Shown here piece by piece: positions 28,547-38,297 of a DNA stretch of 64,000 nucleotides. Both the position numbers and the translations under genes were made by a program. The notes under the pieces are model-generated. The model did no database searches. It worked only from the letters and a program-made list of their open reading frames with translations, and was not told where the DNA came from. Source of the stretch: an uncultured delta proteobacterium (GTDB lineage: Bacteria > Desulfobacterota > Binatia > Binatales > Binataceae); the NCBI GenBank assembly GCA_963842085.1, contig CAWJET010000002.1, positions 832,001 through 896,000 of the forward strand, given 5' to 3'. The first letter of the stretch is position 1. Each line of letters opens with the position of its first letter.

Positions 28547-30132
28547 TTCGCTTCTCCCTTCTTGCCGCGAACGAGCGCCTCGGGATGGCGCTCGAGGTAG
28601 TCTGCCAGCACGCGCAACGACCTTGCCGCGCGGCTCACCTCCTGCAGCGTGCTGCTGAGCTGCTGCACCTGGACGGAATTCGGTCCGGTGAGATCTCTGG
28701 TGTTATCGAGAGTGCCTTGCGCGCTGGTCATCGTGCCCTGCGCAATCACCAGCGTCTTATCCAGCTGGTCGATCGCCTTGTGCAGGTCGTCGCCAATCTC
28801 TTTGAAGTCAATCTGGTCAAGTTTCTTGACGATGTTCTCGACGGTGGCCTCGGTCGCCTCCAACTGGCCCGAAGTGGTCGGCAGTTCCACTGGCTTCTGC
28901 GACCAGTCTACCCTCGCCGGCGGAGCGCCGGGGAAAAAGTCGAGCGCCACGTAGAGGGAGCCGGTTAGCAGGTTACCCGACCGCAGTTGCGCCCTGACAC
29001 CGTGGGCGACCAGCGCGTCAACCAGCTTCCTGCGCATGGCCTCGAGATCGGCCCCGGATTCTATGTCCAGAAACTTGACGCCGAGTCTCTGCGGGTCGAG
29101 GTGAATGGTTACCGGCACCGAGAACTGAAAGGTCTTCAGATCGACTTGCGCGCGAATGTCGGCAACTTCGCCCACAGGAATACCGCGAAATTCAACCGGC
29201 GCTCCGGGCGCCAACCCCCGCACCGAGCCCTTGAAGATAAGTTGATAGGTCTGAGGATTGCGCGGCGGCGGGTTGAAAGCCTGAGTCCGATTGGCGAACA
29301 GGGTAAAGACTGTGTTCTCCTCGGCCGGCGGTAAGACCGGGTCGGTTGCGGCCGTCTCGAACGCGATACCACCTATAAGTATCGACAGGACCGACTGGGT
29401 CTGCACGCTAAGGCCGCTCGCCGAGAGCGACACGTCGAACCCGCTCGCATGCCAGAAACGGGTGTCATGATTGACGTACTGGTCATAGGGCGTCTGCACG
29501 AACACCTTGACGGTCAGGTTCTTGCCGTCCTTGTCGAGCGCGTATGACGCAACCTGGCCGACCTGCAGCCGCCGAAAGTAAATAGGCGTACCGGTGTCCA
29601 GCGAGCCCAAGTCAGGAGTTTTCAAGATGAAAAAGCGGCCGGGAGTTTCGCCGGTTATCACCGGCGGTATCTCGAGCGCGACAAAGTCGCGCCTGTCTAT
29701 CTTCGAAGTTCCTATCTCCACGCCTATATAGGCGCCCGAGATCAGCGTGCCCAGCCCGGTCACGTTGGCGCCCGATATTCGCGGCCGCACTACCCAGAAC
29801 TTCGTGTCATCGACCAGAAAGGCTTCCGTCTTGGGCGCCATCTGCGCCGTCAGGATCACGGTCTCGTGATCGCCCGACAGTTCTATGGTCGTGACCGTGC
29901 CGATATCGACTCCGTTGTAATGAATCTTGGTCTTGCCTGCCTCCAGTCCTTCGGCTGATTTCATGACGATCGTTATCTTGGGCCCTTCGCTCATGATCCT
30001 CGTCACTGCCACCCACACGCCGACAACCGCCGCCACGATCGGTATGAACCAGACCAGCGAGAGCCGCGTGCGTTTCCTGGGCACAGCCCTCGACTGAGGG
30101 ACTGATGGGGTTGGTGGATCGCGATCAGGCAT
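28543..30132 (-). CDS. pqiB: PqiB multi-MCE intermembrane transport protein
   Basis: SLVWFIP, AEGLEAGKT, FWVVRPRI, GTPIYFR, GLAPGAPVEFRG: three MCE repeats. Confidence 0.92.
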   Translation of the reverse strand: MPDRDPPTPSVPQSRAVPRKRTRLSLVWFIPIVAAVVGVWVAVTRIMSEGPKITIVMKSAEGLEAGKTKIHYNGVDIGTVTTIELSGDHETVILTAQMAPKTEAFLVDDTKFWVVRPRISGANVTGLGTLISGAYIGVEIGTSKIDRRDFVALEIPPVITGETPGRFFILKTPDLGSLDTGTPIYFRRLQVGQVASYALDKDGKNLTVKVFVQTPYDQYVNHDTRFWHASGFDVSLSASGLSVQTQSVLSILIGGIAFETAATDPVLPPAEENTVFTLFANRTQAFNPPPRNPQTYQLIFKGSVRGLAPGAPVEFRGIPVGEVADIRAQVDLKTFQFSVPVTIHLDPQRLGVKFLDIESGADLEAMRRKLVDALVAHGVRAQLRSGNLLTGSLYVALDFFPGAPPARVDWSQKPVELPTTSGQLEATEATVENIVKKLDQIDFKEIGDDLHKAIDQLDKTLVIAQGTMTSAQGTLDNTRDLTGPNSVQVQQLSSTLQEVSRAARSLRVLADYLERHPEALVRGKKGEAK

Positions 30133-30781
30133 ATGAAACCTCTTTCGAATCTGCCTCTTTCGAACTTACCGAATCCCAGATCAGCCGCGGATCGAAGGCC
30201 TCGACCGCGAGCATCGTAAACACCACCACCGCGGCAAAAAAGATCAAGCCGGGTCCCGGCTCCACCGACATGAGTGGCTGAAGCTGAATCAGGGCGGCGG
30301 TAAAGGTATCGACGAATACGTCGACCATCGACCAGCGTCCGATGAACTCGACCATCCGATACAGTTGCACCCGTTGCTCGTTGTTCGCGACCGAGCCCCG
30401 CTGCGCGGTGACAAGCAGGTAGGCGAGCGCCAGGATCTTCGCGCTGGGAATGATGATGCTCGCGACGAGCACGATGATCGACAGCGGCCATCCGGTCGGC
30501 GACCACAGCAGCACCACACCTTGCAGGATGGTGTCAGACTCGGCGCCGGCGGCCGTCGTCGTTGTCAACACGGGAAGCACGTTGGCGGGGATGTAACAGA
30601 TCGCCGCGGCAATCAGGTATGCCCACGTGCGCTGGAAGCTGCCGGGCTTGCGGAAAGCGAGCTCCTCGCCACATCGCGGACAGCGTCCTTCTTCCTCGCT
30701 GCGTGCCGGACGCGAGAGCAGGCCGCAGCCTTCGCAGCTCTGCAGGCCTCGTTGCATTGCGGTCATTGCGGCCGGATTCAT
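30125..30781 (-). CDS. pqiA: PqiA family protein (second half)
   Basis: CEGC/CPRC, YIPANVLPV, IGRWSMVDVFV, FDPRLIWD. Confidence 0.9.
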   Translation of the reverse strand: MNPAAMTAMQRGLQSCEGCGLLSRPARSEEEGRCPRCGEELAFRKPGSFQRTWAYLIAAAICYIPANVLPVLTTTTAAGAESDTILQGVVLLWSPTGWPLSIIVLVASIIIPSAKILALAYLLVTAQRGSVANNEQRVQLYRMVEFIGRWSMVDVFVDTFTAALIQLQPLMSVEPGPGLIFFAAVVVFTMLAVEAFDPRLIWDSVSSKEADSKEVSYA

Positions 30782-31452
30782 GACGTTCCCTCCGCCAGAC
30801 TGTCGCCGGCGGCATCGCGTTGCGCTTCGTCCGTCCACTGGATCCGCTCCCACACTTCCCGGGAGTCGAAGCTGGCTGACATCCCGGCCAGGACGAAGAC
30901 CAGCACCCAGAGCACAAACAGCGCCATTCCCGGAATCACCGTCGCGTAATCCGCAATCTTGACCAATGCGACCAGCACGCCGACCATCATGACCTCGATC
31001 ATGCTCCAGATGCGGGTCGTCGGGTGATAGCGTAGCAGCATCCCCACCCAACTCGGCGGCCGCTCGCGCATCGCTCCGAGCACGATCGCCAGCATCAAGC
31101 CGATCTGGAGCGCCGGCGCGATAACCGCTGTAAACAGGACCAGCACACCGACAATCTTCTGATCGTTGTTCCACAGGTGCATCGCGCCGCCGATCACCGT
31201 GGTGGAAGCATCGCGCCCGACAATCGTGAGACCAAGCATAGGTACTGAGTTCGCCACGATGTACAGCAATGCGGCCGCGAGCGTCAGTGCTAGCGTCCGG
31301 TTGAGCGAGTCCTCACGATGGCGCCATAGCTCCTTGTTGCATCGCGGGCAGCGTGCGGAGGCACCCGGCGGAAGGTCCGGAATGCGCTGCAGCAAATCGC
31401 AATGCAGGCAGGCGATGAGCGAGGTCTCCCCGACCGGTTGGTTATAACCCAT
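30778..31452 (-). CDS. pqiA: PqiA family protein (first half)
   Basis: CLHCDLL, ARCPRC, WSMIEV, LVALVKIA. Confidence 0.9.
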   Translation of the reverse strand: MGYNQPVGETSLIACLHCDLLQRIPDLPPGASARCPRCNKELWRHREDSLNRTLALTLAAALLYIVANSVPMLGLTIVGRDASTTVIGGAMHLWNNDQKIVGVLVLFTAVIAPALQIGLMLAIVLGAMRERPPSWVGMLLRYHPTTRIWSMIEVMMVGVLVALVKIADYATVIPGMALFVLWVLVFVLAGMSASFDSREVWERIQWTDEAQRDAAGDSLAEGTS

Positions 31453-31462
31453 TGCGCGATTG

Positions 31463-31906
31463 CTACTGCTTGAGGTTTCCCGGCCTTTCGGCGACGCTCA
31501 AATATCGAACATTCATAATGCACCAGGCGGTCATGGCAGTATGCAACACGACGGCGGGCCACAAGGCTACGCCGACGCGCCCCGAGCCGATACCGACGGC
31601 CCCAAGGATAAATACTACGCCGAGATTATACAGCACCATCGCCGCCACCAGTCCTCTCGCCGCGCGGCTTTGCGTGTCGCCGCGCGCAAGCCAGAATACT
31701 GCTCCCAGCGTAAGCAGCGCGGCTCCGCCGACGCGCGCCACGGTCACGGCGTCAGACGTCTCCAGCGGGGCGCCGAGCAGGAGTTCCACTGCTGTCGATG
31801 GAAAACTCAACAGCGCGAGGCCGGCTCCTGCTTCGATCACCGCGGTCGCGGTCTGCAGGGCGTCCACCGACGATGCACTGCCGAACAGGACACCCGCGGG
31901 TTTCAT
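31463..31906 (-). CDS. Hypothetical membrane protein (about 4 TM)
   Basis: Hydrophobic ORF in operon position (IEAGAGLALL...LWPAVVLH). Confidence 0.7.
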   Translation of the reverse strand: MKPAGVLFGSASSVDALQTATAVIEAGAGLALLSFPSTAVELLLGAPLETSDAVTVARVGGAALLTLGAVFWLARGDTQSRAARGLVAAMVLYNLGVVFILGAVGIGSGRVGVALWPAVVLHTAMTAWCIMNVRYLSVAERPGNLKQ

Positions 31907-31922
31907 GACCAGTATTGCCTGC

Positions 31923-34445
31923 CTAGTCCCTTGCCCTCGCCAGTCGCTCCGCAATGGCCTTTCGATCCGCATCCGTCAATTGCTCCGGCCCGAGGTTGAA
32001 CGTCAGCTTGTCGATCGTGCCGGTGAAGTGGAACGGCAGCTTGTAATCGTCGTTCACCGGAGTGCGGGTATCGCTCCCTATATCGAAGGTCTCGTCTACC
32101 GTCATGAGCAGAGGGATCGTGTGCGGGATCTTCTTGCGGGCGATTTCGTTGCCATCGACCTTCAACACTCCTTCGCCACCCTTGCCGGGGCCGGGGCCGT
32201 CGTATTTGAAGTCGAACACTATCGTGTGCTTGCCCGGCTTGAGTGAATCGGCCAGCACGCCGTGGCCCAACGGTCCGCCCTCCCAGCGGTAGTGCGTCAT
32301 GTCGAGAAGGTTGTAGTCGAAGACCGGCTTGCCTTTGAGCAGGTAGAGGCCGTAGCCGCCGAAGCGGCCGCCCAGGGTCACGATCATTCCTTCCGCCCCG
32401 CCTTGGGGAATTGTTACATCGGCCGTGATTGTATAGTCCCGGTCAAGGATGCTAGGAGCATTTCCGAAGGGAATGCCGGTATTCTCACCCGAGTAGGTGA
32501 AGACCGTTCGCCCGGCGACGGCGCTTGGCCGCGGCGTCAACAGACGTGCGAAACCCGAGTTATCCAGCGGCAGGACCTGGTATTTTGCGGCTTCGGTGAT
32601 GAACAACGCCTGCATTTCTTTCAGATTGTCCGGCATTTTCGACGCCAAGTCGTTGTATTGCGAGTAGTCGTCGGCGATGTTGTAAAGCTCCCACTTATAG
32701 TCGTTGATGTCGGGCATCTTACCCGTCGCCAGGAGCCAGGGCGCCTCGGCAGGAGTCGTGGATGCAATCCAACCGTCGTGGTAAATCGCGCGGTTGCCGA
32801 CCATCTCGAAATACTGTGTATCGTGCTTCGACGGTGCGTTGGCGTTCGCCTTGTCGAATGTGTAAGCCATGCTCACGCCTTCGATCGGCTTCTGCTTGAT
32901 GCCATTGACCTCTTCAGGCGCCTTGATGCCGGTGGCTTCCAGGATAGTCGGCACGATATCAATGACATGATGGAACTGCGTGCGAATGCCGCCGGGATCG
33001 TTGATGTGACCGGGCCATGAAATGGCCAGTCCCTGCCGAGTGCCTCCGAAATGCGATGCCACCTGCTTGGTCCACTTGAACGGAGTGTCGAACGCCCACG
33101 CCCATCCGACGGACATGTGCGGATAGGTTTTGTCCGAGCCCCACTCTCTATAGTGCAGTAACTGCAAAGGCATTGGTACGTCGAATATGCCGTTGTAGGC
33201 GGTCAAATCGTTGAATGTGCCCTCCAGGGTGCCTTCGGCGCTGGTGCCGTTGTCACCGCAGATGTAGATGATGAGGGTGTTGTCCAGCTTGCCTTCATCC
33301 TGAACTTCCTGAACTACCCTGCCAATCTCATAGTCGGTGTAGGCCGCGTAAGCCGCAAACACCTCCGCCTCGCGCGCATAGAGTTTCTTCTGCAGGACTG
33401 AAAGCGAGTCCCACCGCGGCAGCTTTGCGCCACCGTACGCAGCCTGTCCGTCCGGCCACGGGGTAAGCTGGGTATCCGCCGGGATCACGCCGAGCCGTTT
33501 CTGGTTGGCGAAGATCACGTCGCGAAGCTTTTCATAGCCCATGTCGAACTTGCCTTTGAACTTATCGATCCATTCTTTCGTCGGTTGATGCGGCGAGTGG
33601 GTGCCACCGGGCACGTAATAAAGAAAGAACGGCTTGTCGGGTGCAACTGCGTTCAGATCGCGCATGTACTTGATAGCGTCGTCCGCCATGTCGGTGGTGA
33701 AGTTGTAGTCAGGCTTGCCGATCCATGGATACACCTGGGTCGTATTGCGAAAAAGATAGGGCGTCCATTGGTCGGTTTCGCCGCCCATGAACCCGTAAAA
33801 ATACTGGAAGCCCATGCCGACCGGCCATTGATCGAAAGGGCCGGCCGCGCTGTACTGAAAGCTGGGAGTGTTATGCTCTTTGCCGAACCACGAGGTGGCG
33901 TAACCGTTGTCTCGCAGGATCGTGCCGATGGTGGCATTATCCGGCCCGATGACCGAATCGTAGCCCGGGTAACCAGTAGATATTTCGGTGACTACGCCGA
34001 AGCCAACCGAGTGATGATTCCGTCCAGTGATCAGAGCGGCGCGGGTGGGCGAACACAGCGCGGTGGAATGGAACTGCGTGTAGCGCAATCCAGCCTTGGC
34101 TATGCGATCCAGCGTTGGCGTCGGGATGACACCGCCGAAAGTGCTGGAGACCCCGTAGCCCTGGTCGTCGGTCATGATGAGCACGATGTTGGGCGCACCC
34201 TTGGGCGGCACCACGCGCGGCGGCCACCACGGCGTCGAATCCTTGGCGCTCTCCTTGATCACGCCGCCGAACCGCATCGGGGGCGGCGGGAGCTGCTTGC
34301 CGTCAAGCGTAACGGTGGCGTTGGCTGAACCCGGCGCGCCGTTGATCTGCTGGGCCCGGACTGCAGATGAGCCCAAAAAACCGGCGATGATCACCAGAGC
34401 AAATGCAGTCAGAGTCAGAACAGTCCTTCGTCGTCGTGCGTCCAT
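31923..34445 (-). CDS. Arylsulfatase (Cys-type, AtsA-like) with C-terminal beta-sandwich domain
   Basis: PNIVLIMTDD; CSPTRAALITG (CxPxR formylglycine motif); GKEH; GDNG; Arg-rich, possibly Tat, leader MDARRRR. Confidence 0.93.
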   Translation of the reverse strand: MDARRRRTVLTLTAFALVIIAGFLGSSAVRAQQINGAPGSANATVTLDGKQLPPPPMRFGGVIKESAKDSTPWWPPRVVPPKGAPNIVLIMTDDQGYGVSSTFGGVIPTPTLDRIAKAGLRYTQFHSTALCSPTRAALITGRNHHSVGFGVVTEISTGYPGYDSVIGPDNATIGTILRDNGYATSWFGKEHNTPSFQYSAAGPFDQWPVGMGFQYFYGFMGGETDQWTPYLFRNTTQVYPWIGKPDYNFTTDMADDAIKYMRDLNAVAPDKPFFLYYVPGGTHSPHQPTKEWIDKFKGKFDMGYEKLRDVIFANQKRLGVIPADTQLTPWPDGQAAYGGAKLPRWDSLSVLQKKLYAREAEVFAAYAAYTDYEIGRVVQEVQDEGKLDNTLIIYICGDNGTSAEGTLEGTFNDLTAYNGIFDVPMPLQLLHYREWGSDKTYPHMSVGWAWAFDTPFKWTKQVASHFGGTRQGLAISWPGHINDPGGIRTQFHHVIDIVPTILEATGIKAPEEVNGIKQKPIEGVSMAYTFDKANANAPSKHDTQYFEMVGNRAIYHDGWIASTTPAEAPWLLATGKMPDINDYKWELYNIADDYSQYNDLASKMPDNLKEMQALFITEAAKYQVLPLDNSGFARLLTPRPSAVAGRTVFTYSGENTGIPFGNAPSILDRDYTITADVTIPQGGAEGMIVTLGGRFGGYGLYLLKGKPVFDYNLLDMTHYRWEGGPLGHGVLADSLKPGKHTIVFDFKYDGPGPGKGGEGVLKVDGNEIARKKIPHTIPLLMTVDETFDIGSDTRTPVNDDYKLPFHFTGTIDKLTFNLGPEQLTDADRKAIAERLARARD

Positions 34446-34486
34446 CAGTCGATCTCCTCCCTCAGCTCTCGTTTTAGAACGCAAAC

Positions 34487-35311
34487 CTAGTAGTAGTTCG
34501 TAGGTGGCGGCGCATAGGTCACCTGGCTGCCGTTGTAGTATGGCTGGTATCCAGGGGGCGGCGGAGGAGGTGGATAGTAGCCGTAGGGATTATTCTCGAT
34601 AATCGTCGTTTGAGGCTTAGGTTGCGAATTGGCTGTTATCATTGAACCAACTGCCATGCCGCCTATAGCACCCAACGCGGCCGCACCTGCAACCTCACCA
34701 TTACTCGAACCGCCAACCGATCCGCCGTAATAATATCCACCGCCTCCGTTGTAGTTGGTGTCGCCCACATTGTTGTTTATTGTGTTCTCGGTATTGCTCT
34801 GCATCTGCTTTTCGGTCTTTTCGTTGTTTTCCTGGAGAGTATTCGCTTCGTTGTACTGGGCCTGCTTTTGAGCCTCCTGGTTTGCATTATACTCGTTGTA
34901 GTCCGCCTGCTTGTTAGATGAGCTGGAGCTGCTCGAGGCGCTCCCGTAGGTACTCCCGGATTCTGACGGAGGCTTGTTGTAGCTATTATATTGCGAGGAT
35001 GATTTGTTGTAGTTGTAGGTATTCCCCGAGTCTGAGGGCGATTTGTACTGGCTCCCTGAACCGCTGGAAGAGTGTTGCCACGAATTTCCGCCCGACGAGC
35101 CGAAGCTGCCGCGATCGAACCCGTCCGAGCCGCCGTGGTATCCGCCTCCGCCGCCGCTATAGCCTCCACGGCCGCCGCCACCATAGCCCCCTCCTCCGCC
35201 GCCCCATCGTGCGAGCGCATTGGGCGCGCTGGCGAGAGCTAGTACAGCGCCCAAGACAAATACCCGTGATGAGAATTTAGCTGTGATGCGCGAACTTGAC
35301 GCGTGTTTCAT
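34487..35311 (-). CDS. Secreted low-complexity Gly/Ser/Tyr/Asn-rich protein
   Basis: Signal peptide, then GGGGGYGGGGRGG, S/Y/N-rich tract, Gly zipper and poly-Pro. Confidence 0.7.
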   Translation of the reverse strand: MKHASSSRITAKFSSRVFVLGAVLALASAPNALARWGGGGGGYGGGGRGGYSGGGGGYHGGSDGFDRGSFGSSGGNSWQHSSSGSGSQYKSPSDSGNTYNYNKSSSQYNSYNKPPSESGSTYGSASSSSSSSNKQADYNEYNANQEAQKQAQYNEANTLQENNEKTEKQMQSNTENTINNNVGDTNYNGGGGYYYGGSVGGSSNGEVAGAAALGAIGGMAVGSMITANSQPKPQTTIIENNPYGYYPPPPPPPGYQPYYNGSQVTYAPPPTNYY

Positions 35312-35316
35312 GGCTG

Positions 35317-36117
35317 TTACTCCTTGACCTTCAGAAACTCGATTCGCTTTGCACCCTTGGGAAGCTGCGGGACGAAATGGCTATCGGAGATCTGTTTTGG
35401 AAATTTCCAGTCGGACAGCACCGCCATGTATTCCGGTGATCCCGGCTCGGTTCGGTAGTTGATCACGATCTTGCGCGGAACCGGCTTTCCCGAACGATCG
35501 AGCCAAAGCTGCAGGTCGATGTTGCTTGACGAATAGGCGACGTGATCGCAATCGACGCCATTGACGTCATTCACTCCGACATACCCGCCATAGATGATCT
35601 GTTTGCGGATTCTCGCGCACGGATCGCTATAGGCGAGGTTCGAAAGCGGCAGCGTCAAGTGCTCGGTTCGTGCTACATCGTCGAGCATCGCATCAATCGA
35701 AGACGGCACTTTCATGCTCGCATACATCTGGTGCGGCTGGTCAAAAATCGTCAATGTATCGTTCTGATACCAAAGCTGTTTACCTCCGAGATCGCTGTGG
35801 TAATCGACTGCCAGCTCGTCCGGCCGCTCGAGCGCGAAATTCATTTCCGCTGCGTACTGAACTTTCACGGCGTGCGGAAGCACCTTGTCGAAGAGTATCT
35901 CTGCATGAAAGCTGAATGCGTCGGCCGAGCCCAATGCGTCGCAGGTTTGGCTGAGCAGTTTGTCAGCTTCGGGCGCGATTCTCGGAAGCGGCGCAGCCTG
36001 GACGGGCGGCGCGACTTGAGTGGGCGACGCAGACGGGTCCGCGGCCGATGCAACATTCAAGGCTAACGCGATTCCCATCGCAGCCGCGCAAGCGGCGGCT
36101 GCAAGTTTGAAGCTCAT
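35317..36117 (-). CDS. DUF2092 family periplasmic protein (LolA-like)
   Basis: Signal peptide; LERPDEL, LTLPLSNL, CDHVAY, QLWLD, PRKIVI, SDW. Confidence 0.82.
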   Translation of the reverse strand: MSFKLAAAACAAAMGIALALNVASAADPSASPTQVAPPVQAAPLPRIAPEADKLLSQTCDALGSADAFSFHAEILFDKVLPHAVKVQYAAEMNFALERPDELAVDYHSDLGGKQLWYQNDTLTIFDQPHQMYASMKVPSSIDAMLDDVARTEHLTLPLSNLAYSDPCARIRKQIIYGGYVGVNDVNGVDCDHVAYSSSNIDLQLWLDRSGKPVPRKIVINYRTEPGSPEYMAVLSDWKFPKQISDSHFVPQLPKGAKRIEFLKVKE

Positions 36118-36175
36118 TTTTTGCCTCCAGCTGATTGTCGTTGCTAATCAGTCAATTCCGATTGGCCTATGACGA

Positions 36176-36493
36176 TCACGGGATCATGCCGCATTCAAAC
36201 AACTTGTTAGCGATCGGCGCCGCCACTCGGTCGATGAACATGGCGCGCATCTGCGGATCGCTGCGGAGAAAATTTACGGCTTCCTGTTCTCGCTGCGAGC
36301 GCGGCTGCCCTCGCTGCTGCCACAACTGTTCGCAGGACGAATTCTGGTACTTCTGGATGACCTTGTTAGCGGCGGCATCCAGCAGCGGATGCTGGCCGTA
36401 CTGGGCACTAGCTACGCCGGAGAATACGAGCAAGGAAAGCCCGCCCAGCACAGGTAAAGAAATTTGCAGCAGCGTCGATTTTACGTTCCACAT
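36176..36493 (-). CDS. Small secreted hypothetical protein with two Cys
   Basis: GTG start with GAGGAG RBS; signal peptide; SSCEQLW...IANKLFECGMIP. Confidence 0.75.
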   Translation of the reverse strand: MWNVKSTLLQISLPVLGGLSLLVFSGVASAQYGQHPLLDAAANKVIQKYQNSSCEQLWQQRGQPRSQREQEAVNFLRSDPQMRAMFIDRVAAPIANKLFECGMIP

Positions 36494-36527
36494 AAGTAGT
36501 TCTCCTCGATTCTCACTTCGTTTTATC

Positions 36528-36563
36528 CCGGTCTCAGAGCCACTGCCGGTCTCAGAGCCACTG
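36528..36563. repeat. Perfect 18-bp tandem duplication
   Basis: CCGGTCTCAGAGCCACTG twice. Confidence 0.9.
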
Positions 36564-36623
36564 AGAGATGCAGAGCTTGAGTTTCAGGAGAACATTCTGG
36601 ATCGCAAACAGGTTTTACGGCTA

Positions 36624-36639
36624 TTGTACCAAAGTACAA
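36624..36639. promoter_or_regulatory. Palindromic regulator box 3 (TTGTACCAAAGTACAA), between divergent genes
   Basis: 24 bp GCTATTGTACCAAAGTACAATATC, identical to 48681-48704; -10-like AAATCT at 36663 (+) and CAGAAT at 36594-36599 (-). Confidence 0.8.
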
Positions 36640-36684
36640 TATCTCTGCGGGGCGAAACCGACAAATCTCCGTGCCATTGCCGGA

Positions 36685-37386
36685 ATGAACCACGCGAGAA
36701 CAGACTTCAAGCTTCGGCTCGTCTCCGGACGCGCCGACGCTCAGGCGTCGTCAAGCCGGCTCGACGCGAAAACCCTGCTCGCGCTCGTGGGCGGCGGAAT
36801 CTCCCGGGAGTATCGAAAGAGACAAAACGTCTATGCTCAGGGCGCGCCGGCTGACTACGTCTTTTGCATACAAAAAGGCCGGGTCAGGCTGAGTGTAGTA
36901 TCGAGGCAAGGCAAGGAGGCCGTCATTGCAGTTCTGGGCGCGGGAGACTTCTTCGGCCAGGAGTGTCTTGCGGGACAGCGGCTCCGGATTGCTACCGCCA
37001 GCGCGGTGACGGATTGTTCCGTGCTTCGACTGGGCAAGGCAGCGACGATGCGCGCCCTCCATGAGAATCCCGAATTTTCCGAAATGTTCATCGCCTACCT
37101 TCTTTCGCGAAACATTCGCGTTGAGGAAGACCTGGTCGACCAGCTATTCAACACCAGCGAGAAGCGGCTGGCTCGCGTGCTATTGCTCCTGGCCAATTTC
37201 ACTAACGACGGGAAACAGGAGCGGGTGATTCCGAAAATCAGCCAGGAAATCCTCGCTGAAATGGTCGGAACGACGCGGTCAAGAGTGAGCTTCTTCATGA
37301 ACAAGTTCCGGAAGCTCGGCTTGATAGACTACCATCGTGAGCTGGAGGTTCGCCGATCTCTCCTCCGGATTGTCACGCACGATTAG
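36685..37386 (+). CDS. Crp/Fnr family transcriptional regulator
   Basis: GKEAVIAVLGAGDFFGQECL, LFNTSEKRLARVLL, HTH SQEILAEMVGTTRSRVSFFM. Confidence 0.92.
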   Translation: MNHARTDFKLRLVSGRADAQASSSRLDAKTLLALVGGGISREYRKRQNVYAQGAPADYVFCIQKGRVRLSVVSRQGKEAVIAVLGAGDFFGQECLAGQRLRIATASAVTDCSVLRLGKAATMRALHENPEFSEMFIAYLLSRNIRVEEDLVDQLFNTSEKRLARVLLLLANFTNDGKQERVIPKISQEILAEMVGTTRSRVSFFMNKFRKLGLIDYHRELEVRRSLLRIVTHD

Positions 37387-37566
37387 ATCGGCGCTTCAGA
37401 CAGTACTCAGAATTTTCCCAAAACTGTGCAATTTTGACCAGATTCAGGATCTCTCTTGATCCTAATCTCCATATTCTTAACCCCGGCGGTTTACTTCGAT
37501 GAACCGCCGGCGTTGTTGGGTCGAATCGGGTACTAACAACTAAAATCGGGGGGAACAGGAGACATT

Positions 37567-37932
37567 ATGGCATCGGGTAAAGCAATCGGGGAATTTTCAC
37601 TGAAGATGATCACTATCGGTCACGCGGCCGGACCTGCCGGTAGCATTCTCACCCAGGTCAATTTTGAAGGAACAGCGACCGGATTTGGAGCGGTCTATGA
37701 AACGGCCACCTTCATAGGGGGCGGCAAGGACGGGAGTTTCAGTATTGTCGGGCAAGCATTCCTTGATAACGGCGACGTTATCGGCGGAGTCGGTCAAGGG
37801 ACCTACGAGAGCAAGGGCAAGCATCGGTGGACGACCGCGAACACCATGGAGCTTTCGGACGGCCGTCGAATCGGAGGCAGCGGTGAGATCGACCTGGCCT
37901 CGCGGACCTGGAAGGGGACGATTAGCGAATAG
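37567..37932 (+). CDS. Hypothetical beta-rich protein
   Basis: AGGAG RBS; 121-aa Gly/Thr-rich ORF. Confidence 0.7.
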   Translation: MASGKAIGEFSLKMITIGHAAGPAGSILTQVNFEGTATGFGAVYETATFIGGGKDGSFSIVGQAFLDNGDVIGGVGQGTYESKGKHRWTTANTMELSDGRRIGGSGEIDLASRTWKGTISE

Positions 37933-37979
37933 AGCTACCGAACCGCGTTCCCATAACGAAAGAATCGAAGGAGACACCA

Positions 37980-38297
37980 ATGGCTGTAGCACATGTACGA
38001 GTCGTTCGGCCGAGGGCAGGCAAGCGGCAAGAACTGATGAACGCCTTTTCTCACTCAAAGAAGTTTCACGAGCGCAATGGCGCAAGCGTGCGGGTATACG
38101 AAGCTTCAACCGGACCCAACACTGGAGCATTGCTCCACATCGTCGAGACCCCCAATTGGAAGGCTTACGGCGAATACCGCACGAAGATCGAGGCCGACCC
38201 TGAGTTTCGCGCGTATATGACCGAGATTCGCAACAGCCGCGACCCGCTCGCCGACATAGTTTCGAGCGAGGTGGTCGAGGAATTACCGCTCGGCTGA
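37980..38297 (+). CDS. NIPSNAP/ABM-like dimeric alpha-beta barrel protein
   Basis: AAGGAG RBS; VVRPRAGKRQE, ferredoxin-like pattern. Confidence 0.6.
   Translation: MAVAHVRVVRPRAGKRQELMNAFSHSKKFHERNGASVRVYEASTGPNTGALLHIVETPNWKAYGEYRTKIEADPEFRAYMTEIRNSRDPLADIVSSEVVEELPLG

Noticed and set aside
36624-36639. The palindrome as a canonical FNR or CRP site
   Set aside because: It does not match TTGAT-N4-ATCAA or TGTGA-N6-TCACA. Binding by the adjacent Crp/Fnr protein cannot be excluded, but the geometry fits StyR/TodT-type boxes better.
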